From contig CANQCN010000002.1 in NCBI GenBank assembly GCA_947589685.1, positions 1 through 63,693 on the forward strand: DNA of 63,693 bases. Reading direction: 5' to 3'. Shown here one piece after another: positions 25,221 to 35,407 of the stretch. A program made the position numbers and the translations under genes. The notes beneath the pieces were generated by a model. That model was not told the origin of the DNA, did not search any database, and saw only the letters and a list, made by a program, of their open reading frames with translations. Origin of the DNA: an uncultured Clostridia bacterium. Lineage in GTDB: Bacteria > Bacillota > Clostridia > Christensenellales > CAG-314. Each line of letters begins with the position of its first letter. Positions within the stretch are counted from its first letter, which is position 1.

Positions 25221-26483
25221 CTAATCTACAAATTCGAATTCTATGTCGCCGACAATGACCGTGCTGCCGTCTACGGCGCCGTTTTTTCTCAATTCCGCTA
25301 TCACGCCGCGATCTCTCAGCACGCGTTGAAAATAGCGAAAGCTGTCGTAGTCATCCAGATTGACCTTGCGGCTCAGCTCCTCCACAAGTCCGCCCGTAAC
25401 CTCGTAAACGCCCTCGTCCAACGTTTCTATGGCGAAGTCGTCCGACTTGTCTTTTTGCAATTTGACGGGAGTATACGTCAACGGAGCGGGCGGCGGCAGC
25501 TGCTGCAATCGCTTGACGATAGCGTCAATCAGCTCTTCCACGCCCTCGTGTATGATGGTGGTCATTGGCACGATCTCGTAGCGATCGCCGTATTTTGCGC
25601 GGAAACGTTCCAAATTGCGATCCGCGTCGGGCATATCCATCTTGTTGGCGACGACGATCATCGGCAATTTTTTGAGCGCGGCGTCGTAGCTGTATATTTC
25701 GTTGTTGATAAGCTCGAAGTCGGACAACGGGTCGCGATCCTCGCTGCCGGAAATATCCAACACATGCACCAACAAACGCGTGCGTTCGATATGCCGCAAA
25801 AAGCTGTGCCCCAGCCCCGCGCCCTCGCTTGCGCCCTCGATAAGACCGGGGATATCCGCCATTACAAAACTCGCGTCGTAGCAGCTTACCACGCCGAGAT
25901 TGGGACTGAGCGTAGTGAAATGATAGTTGGCTATCTTGGGTTTTGCGTCGGACACCACCGACAGCAGAGTACTTTTGCCCACGTTGGGAAAGCCCACAAG
26001 CCCCACGTCGGCAATGGTTTTGAGTTCCAACGTAACTTCATATTCGCTCGTTTTTACGCCGTGTTCGGCAAAGGACGGCGATTGTCTGCGAGAGGTTTTG
26101 AAGTGCCAATTGCCTCTGCCTCCCTTGCCGCCTCGAAGTATCACCTCGCGCTGTCCGTCCTCGAACATATCCGCGACTATGTCACCGTCGGCGTTTTTGA
26201 CGACCGTTCCGACGGGTACTTTGACCACGACGTCCGCGCCTTGTTTGCCGAAAGAACGCTGTCTGCCGCCGTTTTCGCCGTCTCCCGCGCGGAAATGCTT
26301 TTGAAAATGAAAGGCGTTCAGCGTGTTTTCCGAAGTCGTAGCCACGAACACCACGTCTCCGCCCTTGCCGCCGTCTCCGCCGTCGGGACCGCCGTTATTG
26401 ACGTATTTTTCCGTGTGCAAGCTGGCGGAACCGTTGCCGCCGTTGCCTGCCTTGATATAAATTTTTACCTTGTCTATAAACAT
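25221..26483 (-). CDS. obg: GTPase Obg/CgtA
   Basis: Starts MFIDKVKIYIKAGNGGNGSASL. Glycine-rich Obg fold, G1 motif GFPNVGKST, and a C-terminal OCT-like domain. Confidence 0.92.
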   Translation of the reverse strand: MFIDKVKIYIKAGNGGNGSASLHTEKYVNNGGPDGGDGGKGGDVVFVATTSENTLNAFHFQKHFRAGDGENGGRQRSFGKQGADVVVKVPVGTVVKNADGDIVADMFEDGQREVILRGGKGGRGNWHFKTSRRQSPSFAEHGVKTSEYEVTLELKTIADVGLVGFPNVGKSTLLSVVSDAKPKIANYHFTTLSPNLGVVSCYDASFVMADIPGLIEGASEGAGLGHSFLRHIERTRLLVHVLDISGSEDRDPLSDFELINNEIYSYDAALKKLPMIVVANKMDMPDADRNLERFRAKYGDRYEIVPMTTIIHEGVEELIDAIVKRLQQLPPPAPLTYTPVKLQKDKSDDFAIETLDEGVYEVTGGLVEELSRKVNLDDYDSFRYFQRVLRDRGVIAELRKNGAVDGSTVIVGDIEFEFVD

Positions 26484-26487
26484 GATC

Positions 26488-27669
26488 CTACCTGCCGAAG
26501 CTTTCTGTCGCTCTTCGAGCGTCCTCCAATGCGTCGCGAACCGCCTCCGCCGCCGTTTTGCCGCCCACAACGTCGCCGCCAGCATAAACGTTGGCAAACG
26601 GATGACGCAGGTCCCCGTCGAAATCGCCCAAGATCTCGCTGTCGAAGCCGCTGCCCAATGCGCACACCACCGCGTCGCAACGGACGGTAAAAGTATCGTC
26701 GGTGACGACAAGCTTGCTTCTGCCCTCGTTTTCCGTGCGGGCGAGCGTCAACAAAAGTCGTTCGTCCTTTTTTATGCAGACGGGCGCGACGTTGTAAACA
26801 AGCTTTACGCCCTCGTTTTCCGCCGCCGTCTTTTCTTTGTCGAAGGCGGGCATATCCTCGCGCGTGCGACGGTAAGCGACAGTGACGCGGGCGCCCTTGC
26901 TTGCGGCGAGACGAGCGCAGTCCATTGCGGTATTGCCTCCGCCTATCACAGCGATCTTTTTGCTGCGCAGATCTGCGTTTTGCGACCAAAAATCGCTTGT
27001 CAAATCGAGAAAAACATTGTATGGGGTGGAAAATTCTTCGCCGTCAATACCCAACGAATAAATTTTTTGCGCGCCCGCGGACAGATACACCACATCGTAC
27101 AGCCTCATCAATTCGTTGAATTTCGTTGCGTCGACGTTTTTGTTGACGAGGGCGATCTTGCCGTCGAACTGTTCTTCTATACGCGACAGCGCCTCGCGCG
27201 GAAGTCGGAAATCGGGTATGAGCCGCAACGTGGAAAGCAATCTGTCCCTTTCGTATACGGTAACGTCCGCGCCTTGCTCGTACATTTTGGCTGCAAACGT
27301 CAATCCCGCGACGCCGCCGCCCACCACTGCGATCTTTCGTCCTTGGGCACGACGACCGACGCGCTCGATTTTGTACGGATTGCGAGCAAATACCGCCCTT
27401 TCCACGGCTCCGACGGCTATCGGAGATTTGCGCGCCGAGAGAACACACCCGCCCTGACAGCCGCGTTCGTGCGGACACACGTAACCGCACACCTCTCCGA
27501 AGGGATGACCTATCGTTTTCACCGCCTCTTGCTCGCGCCCCTCCGACACCGACCGCAAAAATCGCGGCAGGTCGTTTCCCACGGGACATGCCGCCTTGCA
27601 ACGCGGCTGCGCGCAATGCAGACATCGATTGCACTCGGCTATAAGATCGAATCCGTCAACGTCAAACAT
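26488..27669 (-). CDS. GltD-like NAD(P)H-dependent FAD/Fe-S oxidoreductase (glutamate synthase small-subunit family)
   Basis: N-terminal Cys cluster (CLHCAQPRCKAACP), a dinucleotide fold (KIAVVGGGVAGLTFA) and a second fold (KIAVIGGGNTAMDCA). Confidence 0.7.
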   Translation of the reverse strand: MFDVDGFDLIAECNRCLHCAQPRCKAACPVGNDLPRFLRSVSEGREQEAVKTIGHPFGEVCGYVCPHERGCQGGCVLSARKSPIAVGAVERAVFARNPYKIERVGRRAQGRKIAVVGGGVAGLTFAAKMYEQGADVTVYERDRLLSTLRLIPDFRLPREALSRIEEQFDGKIALVNKNVDATKFNELMRLYDVVYLSAGAQKIYSLGIDGEEFSTPYNVFLDLTSDFWSQNADLRSKKIAVIGGGNTAMDCARLAASKGARVTVAYRRTREDMPAFDKEKTAAENEGVKLVYNVAPVCIKKDERLLLTLARTENEGRSKLVVTDDTFTVRCDAVVCALGSGFDSEILGDFDGDLRHPFANVYAGGDVVGGKTAAEAVRDALEDARRATESFGR

Positions 27670-28291
27670 GATGTTCTCCGTAATATTTGCAATAACCGCT
27701 TACCGAACAGCTGTCGCAAAGCGGTCTTTGCGCTTTGCACACATATCTGCCGTGCAGCAATATGTAGTGATGACTGTCCGCCCACTGTTCGCGAGGGATA
27801 GCCTGCATAAGCTGTTTTTCCGTATCCGACACGTTTTTCGCGTCGACTATGCCCAATCTGTTGGCGACGCGGAACACGTGAGTGTCCACGGCTATCGCCT
27901 GTCCGCCGAAGCCCACGGCATACACCACGTTGGCAGTCTTGCGCCCAACGCCCGCAAGGGTCTGCAAGTCCTCTATGTTGTCGGGGATGTTGCCGCCGAA
28001 GCGTTCCTTGACGTCCCGCGCCATCTGTTTGAGATGAGCCGCCTTTGTGCGATAAAAACCGCAGGAACGGATGAGCGCTTCCAACCGCTCGGTGGGAATT
28101 GCCGCCAACTCGTTGACGGTGGGAGCCTCCGCAAACAGCGCGGGCGTAACGAGATTTACACGCTTGTCCGTGCATTGAGCCGACAATATTACCGCAACGA
28201 TCAACTCGTAGGGCGAATTGAAATGCAGCTCGCTCTTGGGATCGGGGAAATCCTTCGAAAGCGTTTCCAAAATAGCTTTTGTATCCGTCAT
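27662..28291 (-). CDS. nth: Endonuclease III (Nth)
   Basis: HhH-GPD pattern (LQTLAGVGRKTANVV...VDTHVFRV) and a C-terminal 4-Cys cluster (CKAQRPLCDSCSVSGYC). Start set at the ATG at 28291 after GAGG. Confidence 0.9.
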   Translation of the reverse strand: MTDTKAILETLSKDFPDPKSELHFNSPYELIVAVILSAQCTDKRVNLVTPALFAEAPTVNELAAIPTERLEALIRSCGFYRTKAAHLKQMARDVKERFGGNIPDNIEDLQTLAGVGRKTANVVYAVGFGGQAIAVDTHVFRVANRLGIVDAKNVSDTEKQLMQAIPREQWADSHHYILLHGRYVCKAQRPLCDSCSVSGYCKYYGEHHV

Positions 28292-28399
28292 AATATACCT
28301 CAAAAAAGGGAAGGGTATAACAATTCGGTCTGCTTACGCAACTTTTACCGAATATATTATACCCCAAATGCCGCAAATATTCAAGAGTTTGCGCTCTAT

Positions 28400-28651
28400 T
28401 CATAGCCGACTGAGCGTGCCGCCGCCGTAGGTGAGCTTGTAAAGGAAAAATCCCGCAAAGCTTTCGCCGCGCGAAAGAGCTTGCCTTGTACGGACAAAAT
28501 CCTCGCGACCCAGCTTTACCGACAACCCGCAGCCGACGCCCGCCGCGCGCGGTGTGGATACGAGCGCACAGGTCACGCCGTTGTTTATCAGATAGTTGTA
28601 CGCCTTGATCGCAACGTTTCTCGAACGGTAAACAGCTAAAATATATTCCAT
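28400..28651 (-). CDS. DUF3343-like small protein (putative S/Se carrier-like)
   Basis: 83 aa with AVYRSRNVAIKAYNYLINNGVTCALVSTPRAAGVGCGLSV. It neighbours a cysteine desulfurase-type gene. Confidence 0.6.
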   Translation of the reverse strand: MEYILAVYRSRNVAIKAYNYLINNGVTCALVSTPRAAGVGCGLSVKLGREDFVRTRQALSRGESFAGFFLYKLTYGGGTLSRL

Positions 28652-28753
28652 AATTTTCTCCTTATGTAAAAGGCGCGTCCCGTGGCATACGGCAAGAATC
28701 TCCCCATAAAATATATTATTGAACGACCATCAAAAAAGTGTGTGGAGAACAAA

Positions 28754-29887
28754 ATGATTTACCTCGACAATGCCGCAACAACCAATTACAAGCCTCAACA
28801 GGTGATAGACGCCGTGAACGATTGCCTCACAAAATATCCCTACAATCCCAATCGCAGCGGAAACAAGCTTTCCCTCGTGCTGCAAAACAAGCTGTACGAG
28901 ACGCGGCGAAAGCTGCACCTTATGCTAAACAACGACAGCGAACTGCACGTGGCGTTTACGGGCGGATGTACCGCGGCGCTCAATCTTGCGATATTGGGTA
29001 CGGCGCAGCGCGGACATATCGTGATAACGACTACCGAACACAATTCGGTGCTGCGCCCCGTGATGCAGCTGAAAAAGAAAGGCTACGTAGAGGTCACCGT
29101 CGCTCAGCCCAACGCCGCGGGCGCGATAACGGCGGAAGAGATAGAACGCTGTCTGCGCCCCGACACCTACCTTGTGTGCGTATCCCATGCGAGCAACGTG
29201 ACGGGCACGGCGCAAAACGTAGAGGAGATCGGGCGCGTGTGCCGCCGCCGAAACGTCAAACTGCTGGTGGACTGCGCGCAAAGCATAGGCTACTTTACGC
29301 TGGATATGGAAAAGGCAAACGTCGATATGGCAGCGATAGCCGCGCATAAAGGCTTGCACGCAATGCAAGGCGCGGGAGCGTTGATATTCAACAAACGAGC
29401 CATTCCCCGTCCCATAAACTACGGCGGAACGGGTACGGAAAGTCATCTGTACTTTCAACCGAACACCGTGCCCGATTGTCTCGAAAGCGGCACTCTGCCC
29501 TGCCCTGCCATTCTTGCGATGAACGCGGGTTTGGATTGGTGGCTGGCAAATTGGCGGCAAAACCGCGACGTGGTGACGGAAATGCAACGCACCATTTTGG
29601 ACGGTCTGCAAAAGATAAAAGGCGTCGTCGTCTACTCTCAGCCCAACAAAAGCGGAATAGTCGCCTTCAACGTCGGCAAGCGCGACAGCGCGGAAATAGC
29701 CGACTTGCTCGCCGAAAGGTACGATGTGGCGGTTCGCGGCGGATTGCAGTGCGCGCCGTTGATGCACCGCTATCTGGGCACGATCGAACAGGGCGCGGTG
29801 CGCGCTTCCGTCAGCTGCGTAACGGCAAAAGAAGAATGTTACTCTCTGCTCAACGCGGTGGAGCTTATTGCAAAATCTTCGATATGA
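28754..29887 (+). CDS. Class V aminotransferase / cysteine desulfurase family protein
   Basis: Starts MIYLDNAATT, contains HASNVTG, and has the PLP lysine context IAAHKGL. Start at 28754 after GGAGA. Confidence 0.8.
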   Translation: MIYLDNAATTNYKPQQVIDAVNDCLTKYPYNPNRSGNKLSLVLQNKLYETRRKLHLMLNNDSELHVAFTGGCTAALNLAILGTAQRGHIVITTTEHNSVLRPVMQLKKKGYVEVTVAQPNAAGAITAEEIERCLRPDTYLVCVSHASNVTGTAQNVEEIGRVCRRRNVKLLVDCAQSIGYFTLDMEKANVDMAAIAAHKGLHAMQGAGALIFNKRAIPRPINYGGTGTESHLYFQPNTVPDCLESGTLPCPAILAMNAGLDWWLANWRQNRDVVTEMQRTILDGLQKIKGVVVYSQPNKSGIVAFNVGKRDSAEIADLLAERYDVAVRGGLQCAPLMHRYLGTIEQGAVRASVSCVTAKEECYSLLNAVELIAKSSI

Positions 29888-29947
29888 AAATTAAAGCGAC
29901 CCTCGGCGGGGTTGCTTTTTTTGTGAGTATATACTATAATAATTGAT

Positions 29948-31117
29948 ATGCCATACGAAGTTTATCTGAAAAAGGGAGAAGAAAAACGTATATCGAACGG
30001 ACACCCGTGGGTGTATGCAAACGAGGTCTCACGTATTGTCGGCAAGGATCAAAACGGCAGTCTCGCGACGGTGTACGCCGCCGACGGACGGTACTTGGGA
30101 AGCGGTTTTATCAACCACGCCTCCAAAATACTCGTGCGGATATTCATTCGCGACGGAAGAACGGACTGCGACAACGTGATCGCCGAACGCATACGCGAGG
30201 CAAACGCCATGCGCCGCGAATTGGGCTATGACGATTGTTACCGCGCGATATTTGCCGAGGCGGACGGCTTGCCCGCGCTTATCGCGGACAAGTACGGCGA
30301 CTACTTGTCCGTTCAGCTGCTGTCGTTGGGAATGTACCGTCGCAAAAACACGATAATAAACGCCCTGGTAAACGAATTTGCGCCCAAAGGCATCTACGAA
30401 CGGTCGGACGTGGCGGTCCGCCAAAAGGAGGGCTTACCCGAAGAAACGGGCGTACTCTACGGCGAAGTGCCCGAATGGATCCAAATAACGGAAAACGGAC
30501 TCAAAATGGCGGTAAATCTGCGGCACGGACAAAAAACGGGATATTTTCTCGATCAAAAGGAAAACCGCCTTGCCATACGGCGTTATGCAAAAGGCGAGGT
30601 GCTGGATTGCTTTTGCAACAGCGGAGGTTTCGCCCTGAACGCGGCGACGAAGGCAAAGCACGTCACGGCAGCGGACGTATCGGAGCTTGCGCTGACAAAC
30701 GTCGCGATGAACGCCGAGCTGAACGGCATACGCAACATCGATACGGTGTGCGCCGATGTATTCGAGCTGTTGCGCGAGTACAAAAACGCCGACAAGCAAT
30801 TCGATTGCATCGTGTTGGATCCGCCCGCGTTTACCAAAACGGCTCACGAAACGCAAGACGCGCTGCGCGGGTACGCGGACATCAACACGCTGGGAATGAA
30901 GCTCGTCAAAAACGGCGGTTATCTCGCTACGTGCAGCTGTTCGCACTACGTGTCGCAAGCAGCGTTCGAAAGGATGTTGGCGGAAGCCGCCCGCCGCAGC
31001 GGCAGAAACGTACAATGCGTGGAAATACGCTCGCAAGGGGCGGATCACCCGACGTTGCTTGCCGCCGACGAAACGCACTATCTCAAATTTTTTGTACTGC
31101 GCGTATGCGACAAATAG
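29948..31117 (+). CDS. RlmI-like class I SAM-dependent rRNA methyltransferase with a PUA domain
   Basis: N-terminal GHPWVYANEV (PUA) and DCFCNSGGFALNAA...VLDPPAF methyltransferase motifs. Confidence 0.75.
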   Translation: MPYEVYLKKGEEKRISNGHPWVYANEVSRIVGKDQNGSLATVYAADGRYLGSGFINHASKILVRIFIRDGRTDCDNVIAERIREANAMRRELGYDDCYRAIFAEADGLPALIADKYGDYLSVQLLSLGMYRRKNTIINALVNEFAPKGIYERSDVAVRQKEGLPEETGVLYGEVPEWIQITENGLKMAVNLRHGQKTGYFLDQKENRLAIRRYAKGEVLDCFCNSGGFALNAATKAKHVTAADVSELALTNVAMNAELNGIRNIDTVCADVFELLREYKNADKQFDCIVLDPPAFTKTAHETQDALRGYADINTLGMKLVKNGGYLATCSCSHYVSQAAFERMLAEAARRSGRNVQCVEIRSQGADHPTLLAADETHYLKFFVLRVCDK

Positions 31118-31126
31118 GAGAGTGAA

Positions 31127-32098
31127 ATGATACTTTACAAAAACGGACGGGCGCTTATCGGCGACAGACTCGTCAAAACGGACATCGCCGCCAACCACGG
31201 CAGAATAATCGAAATAGCACCGGAAATAGTCGCCGACGAGCAAACGGAAGTCGTAGATTGCGCCAACCGCTACATTCTGCCCGCATTGGTGGACCTGTGC
31301 AGCTACGGCGCGGCGGGTTACGACTTCAATACCGCCGACGCGGACGGTATGAAAAAAATAATGGAGTACTACATAGCGCACGGCGTGGGAACGGTTTTCC
31401 CCACGTTGAAACCCGACGCGGACGACAAACTGTGCGCGCAGCTTGCCTTGATAGCCGCCCTTGCCAAGGACTATCCCGAAATAAAGGGCATTCATCTCGA
31501 CGGTCCTTTCGTATCCCCCGACTGCTGCGACAGCCGAGGTCAATTTGCGCAGAAGCCCTCTATGGACAAATTTTTGACCTACCAAAAGGCAGCCGAGGGC
31601 AAGATCAAGCTGATGACCGTCGCGCCCGAACTCGACGACGCGTTGGCGTTCATATCCGAGGCGGCGGACAGCAAGGTGATCATCTCCGCGGGACGAAGCA
31701 ACGCCGACTTCGAAACGCTGAAAAAGGCGTTGAAAGCGGGCGCAAAGGGCGTGACGGATTGGGGAAACGGAATGTCCGCTCTCTCCCGAAAGGACTTGGG
31801 CTTGGCGGGCGGAGCGCTGCTTGCCGACTGCTACTGCATAGCGGTGTTCGACGGCACGCGCGTGGATAAAAGCGTGCTGCCGCTGCTGCAAAAGGTAAAA
31901 GGCGACAAGCTTGTCGCTGTCACGGGGGACTCAAACGACGCTTATCAAGGCTTAGCCAACACGGTAACGTTTTGCAACTTGCCGTTGTACGACGCGATAA
32001 AGCTGTGGACGGTCAATCCCGCAAAATTCGTCGGACTGTCCGACTTGATAGGCACGATACAAGTAAACAAGCATGCGGATTTTATCTTGTTCGGTTGA
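31127..32098 (+). CDS. NagA-like amidohydrolase-fold protein with substituted metal/catalytic ligands (probable pseudoenzyme)
   Basis: Colinear with N-acetylglucosamine-6-P deacetylase (GIHLDGPFVSP, SAGRSNA, TDWGNGMS). However, the His residues expected in SAGHSNA and THxxNAM are Arg and Asp/Trp, and there is no HxH. Confidence 0.55.
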   Translation: MILYKNGRALIGDRLVKTDIAANHGRIIEIAPEIVADEQTEVVDCANRYILPALVDLCSYGAAGYDFNTADADGMKKIMEYYIAHGVGTVFPTLKPDADDKLCAQLALIAALAKDYPEIKGIHLDGPFVSPDCCDSRGQFAQKPSMDKFLTYQKAAEGKIKLMTVAPELDDALAFISEAADSKVIISAGRSNADFETLKKALKAGAKGVTDWGNGMSALSRKDLGLAGGALLADCYCIAVFDGTRVDKSVLPLLQKVKGDKLVAVTGDSNDAYQGLANTVTFCNLPLYDAIKLWTVNPAKFVGLSDLIGTIQVNKHADFILFG

Positions 32099-32245
32099 GA
32101 ATGACGTAAGTCCGTGATCGCACATTTCCATCGAAAACTATATGTTTGAGATCATCGCCGCATTTGTTTGCGCCCCACGTTTGACACCGAGCCGCAAAAT
32201 CAAAGCGCCGAGCAAAATTTGCTCGGCGCTTTCACTTGTGAAATG

Positions 32246-33826
32246 TTATTCTGCTTTGTCGTCGGAATCGTCGGTTTTGGTTTCGGCATTGTCGCTGTTT
32301 TTGTTGTAGCGAGCGTCGGCTTTTTGTTCCTTGGGCTTGACGCAAAGCAACACTATGATGCCCACCGCAGACAGACCCGCAATGACGTAAAGCACTATTT
32401 TCCAAGCCTCGACGGCTTTTTTGCTGCTTGTCGCGGGAGCAGCCTTGACCTGCAACAGCATTTCGGGATGATAAACGTCGGTGTACGTTTCACCGTCGGC
32501 AGAGGGACGAACGCCCTCCTTGCCGGAAACGTGATCCACGATGGAGTAAACGATCTTGTAGATCTTTTCGCCCGTGACGTCCTCTTCAAGCGGGGTTATC
32601 ACGCCGCCTGCGCTGATGCAGTTTTCGTACCCTTCGGTAACTTCTCTGGTTTCGCTGTCAAGAATGAGGAGCCAACCGTTGTCGTCTGCGCCTTCAACGT
32701 CGGCGCCGACTCTTTTGTACACCTTGTAGGTAACGTCGCTGCTCGTTGCGGAGCAGTCCTCTATGTCCAGACTTGTGGAAATGGAATAGGACGTGCCGAC
32801 TGTCAGACCGTCGTCCTGCTTGTTTTTCTGCGTGGTGGACAGGTCGAATTCGGGCGCGGTGGTATCCTTGGCGTTGTATCTGAGAGTGCAGTTTGCCGCT
32901 TTCAGTTCCTCATCGTCGTGTCCGCCTTCGTCTATCAACGCGAGAATGTTGTCGTAGGTGGTGGCGAGCATATCGTCAAAGTCGTATGTGTAACCGCTTA
33001 CGCTTGCCTTGGCTCCGTCGATGACCACAAAACGGAAAGACCATTGTCCGCTCGTGGTGAAGTTGATCGTGCTTGTAACCGCGACGGAACTCCATTTGTC
33101 CATATCTTCCGTATCCGATCCGCTGGGCGAAACATAGATCATATAGATCTTGTCATCGGGTACGATCTGCGATTCGGCTTCCTCTTCGGTAGCCATCCAC
33201 ACCGCTTTTACCGTGATGTCGCTCGCGGGCATAGCTATCGTAGCGCCCGCAGCAAAAACGCCTTGAAGATGTACGGGCAACTCTTCGGCAGACTCGATCT
33301 GCCATCCCGCAAAGTAGGCGTTGGGAACGTCTTTTTCTTCGTCGTCAACTGTTTGCTTGTGCGTAGCCGCAACGGGCGCGTCGGGAAGCTTGAAGTGCGC
33401 GGTCTCCTTGTAGGAACCGTCCGCCAACGCTTCGGCTTCGGTGTAGGGATCGCCCTCGCTTGGGTTGGCGTAGTCGTAATGAACGGCAAATTCTTGTTCC
33501 TTGTCCTCAACGTCCTCGTTGGGTTGAACTCTGTAATTGATCCCGTCGAAAATCTCGTGGACCTTCGCGGCGTCCTCCCACCATTTGTTTTCCAACGAGA
33601 AGGTTTTGCTCATCTCCGCCCAAAACGGATTGCCTTGTACGACGCCCTCGTCGTCGACAGCGTCGATAACGTACTTTCTGAATGCTGCGTCGTCGAATGT
33701 GACCGAACGCGCGGGTTCGGTATCCGAAGCTTCACCGTCGGTCGTTTCCGCAAAGGCGAACGTCGTCAGCGAAAACATTCCGACAAGCAATGCCAATGCC
33801 ACAAAAATACTCAAAAATTTTTTCAT
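32246..33826 (-). CDS. Secreted, membrane-anchored acidic protein (signal peptide plus C-terminal TM helix), function unknown
   Basis: The N-terminus MKKFLSIFVALALLVGMFSLTTFAFAE is a signal peptide. The C-terminus WKIVLYVIAGLSAVGIIVLLCV is followed by a charged tail. Confidence 0.7.
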   Translation of the reverse strand: MKKFLSIFVALALLVGMFSLTTFAFAETTDGEASDTEPARSVTFDDAAFRKYVIDAVDDEGVVQGNPFWAEMSKTFSLENKWWEDAAKVHEIFDGINYRVQPNEDVEDKEQEFAVHYDYANPSEGDPYTEAEALADGSYKETAHFKLPDAPVAATHKQTVDDEEKDVPNAYFAGWQIESAEELPVHLQGVFAAGATIAMPASDITVKAVWMATEEEAESQIVPDDKIYMIYVSPSGSDTEDMDKWSSVAVTSTINFTTSGQWSFRFVVIDGAKASVSGYTYDFDDMLATTYDNILALIDEGGHDDEELKAANCTLRYNAKDTTAPEFDLSTTQKNKQDDGLTVGTSYSISTSLDIEDCSATSSDVTYKVYKRVGADVEGADDNGWLLILDSETREVTEGYENCISAGGVITPLEEDVTGEKIYKIVYSIVDHVSGKEGVRPSADGETYTDVYHPEMLLQVKAAPATSSKKAVEAWKIVLYVIAGLSAVGIIVLLCVKPKEQKADARYNKNSDNAETKTDDSDDKAE

Positions 33827-34082
33827 TGTTCCTCCGAAGGGCTTTCGCCCAACTTTTCGTAAACGGCAATATCGCTGTCTGCCTCAAAAGGGCATACCGA
33901 AAGTTGCGACATATCACCGCATATAGGGATATTTTACATTTATTTGCTTAGATTGTCAACTATTTGTAATTATAAAAAACGTCAAGCGGTAAATGCAAAT
34001 AGAATCACCGTTTCTTTTTGCCGCATACGATGAATATAGGGCGCAAAACGCCCTGCCGCACAAGAAAGTAAAGGAGTACCGA

Positions 34083-34592
34083 TTGAAGATATTGACAGTT
34101 GCCGTAACGGCGATAGTTGTGTCGTTGGATAGCTTTATGGCGGGGTTTTCCCTCTCCCTGAACAAGCGGGCAAGCACATTGCTGCCGTCAGCCGTTTCGC
34201 TGATAACGTTGCTGCTGTGCCTGGCGACGTCCTTTGCGGGACGGGCGTTGGCGCTTGCGGCAAAACAAGCGGTGGACAGCTTCGGCGGAGCGCTGTTGTT
34301 GCTGCTTGCGCTGATGACTCTTTTTCGCCGAGAGGAGACTCGCGCAAAGCTTACCGCGGTAACGCTCGGAGAAAGTCTTACGATAGGAGTAGCCGTGGGT
34401 ATGGACGCGGCGATAGCCAATTTTTCCTTTGCGGGGGACGAGCTTGCTTGGATCACTCCCGCGGTGTTTGCCGTGACGCACTACCTGACCGTCGCGCTGG
34501 GACAGGCTTTGGCAAAAAAGGTTATCCTTACCCATACCAACGTTTTTTCGGCGATCATACTCGCGCTGCTTGCCGTAACAAAGCTGTTGTAA
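34083..34592 (+). CDS. YtaF/MntP-like membrane protein
   Basis: LKILTVAVTAIVVSLDSFMAGFSL... and a second half GVAVGMDAAIANFSFA show the duplicated DUF204-type pattern. Start placed at the TTG at 34083, 6 nt after AAGGAG; the ORF track starts at 33993. Confidence 0.6.
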   Translation: MKILTVAVTAIVVSLDSFMAGFSLSLNKRASTLLPSAVSLITLLLCLATSFAGRALALAAKQAVDSFGGALLLLLALMTLFRREETRAKLTAVTLGESLTIGVAVGMDAAIANFSFAGDELAWITPAVFAVTHYLTVALGQALAKKVILTHTNVFSAIILALLAVTKLL

Positions 34593-34624
34593 AGAGCTTT
34601 TAACGGAAAATACGAACGCTCAAC

Positions 34625-35407
34625 TCAATCGAGGTCGTCGTCCGTCTGCGGATCGGAGTACAGCGGCACTCCGTCGAAATCGTCGTCGCTGTCGGAAAAC
34701 TGCTCGACGTATTTTGGCAAATCGAAGCGTTTCCAAGGCTCGGCGACGGGCGGATACGCGACAAAAACCATATGTTCCTTAGTAACGGGGTGATCGAACT
34801 CCAATCTGTAAGCCCACAACGCAAGGTTGCAGCCCTTTGTTATGTCGCCGCCGTAGCGAACGTCGCCGAATACGGGACAGGATATGGCGGAAAACTGTAC
34901 GCGGATCTGATGACTGCGCCCCGTGCCCAACTGCACCTTTACCAGAGAAAGCCTGTCCTGCGTTTCCAAAACCTCATAGCTAAGCTCGGCGCGCTTTGCG
35001 TCGTGATCGCCGAACGTAGCCACGTAGACGTTGTTGGTGAGGGCGTTCTTTTTGAGATAGTTGACGAGAGTTCCCTTTTTCTCGCGGGGCGAGCCCACTA
35101 CCGTTGCAAGATATTGCTTGGTCATTTCGCCCTCCGCTATTTGCTTGCTTAGGCGTTCGGCGGCTTTGCTGTTTTTGGCAAAGACCATGACCCCGCCCGT
35201 CGGACGGTCGAGTCGGTGGACCAACCCCAGATATACGTTGCCCGGTTTGTTGTACTTGTCCTTTATGTACTGTTTGAGCAGCGTCAACAGATCGAGATCG
35301 CCGCTCGCGTCCGCCTGGCTGGGGATATTTTGCGGTTTGACTACCACCAATACGCTGTTGTCCTCGTGCAGGACAGACACGTCGTCCATTGTGAAGGCTC
35401 TACTCAT
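34625..35407 (-). CDS. RluA family pseudouridine synthase (acidic C-terminal tail)
   Basis: Catalytic motif LVHRLDRPTGGVMVFAK plus GRSHQIRVQ. Confidence 0.85.
   Translation of the reverse strand: MSRAFTMDDVSVLHEDNSVLVVVKPQNIPSQADASGDLDLLTLLKQYIKDKYNKPGNVYLGLVHRLDRPTGGVMVFAKNSKAAERLSKQIAEGEMTKQYLATVVGSPREKKGTLVNYLKKNALTNNVYVATFGDHDAKRAELSYEVLETQDRLSLVKVQLGTGRSHQIRVQFSAISCPVFGDVRYGGDITKGCNLALWAYRLEFDHPVTKEHMVFVAYPPVAEPWKRFDLPKYVEQFSDSDDDFDGVPLYSDPQTDDDLD

Noticed and set aside
33827-34082. Looked for a yybP-ykoY (Mn2+) riboswitch upstream of the YtaF/MntP-like gene
   Set aside because: I could not find the conserved four-way-junction sequence elements. Only a generic hairpin (GGGCG...CGCCC) is present.
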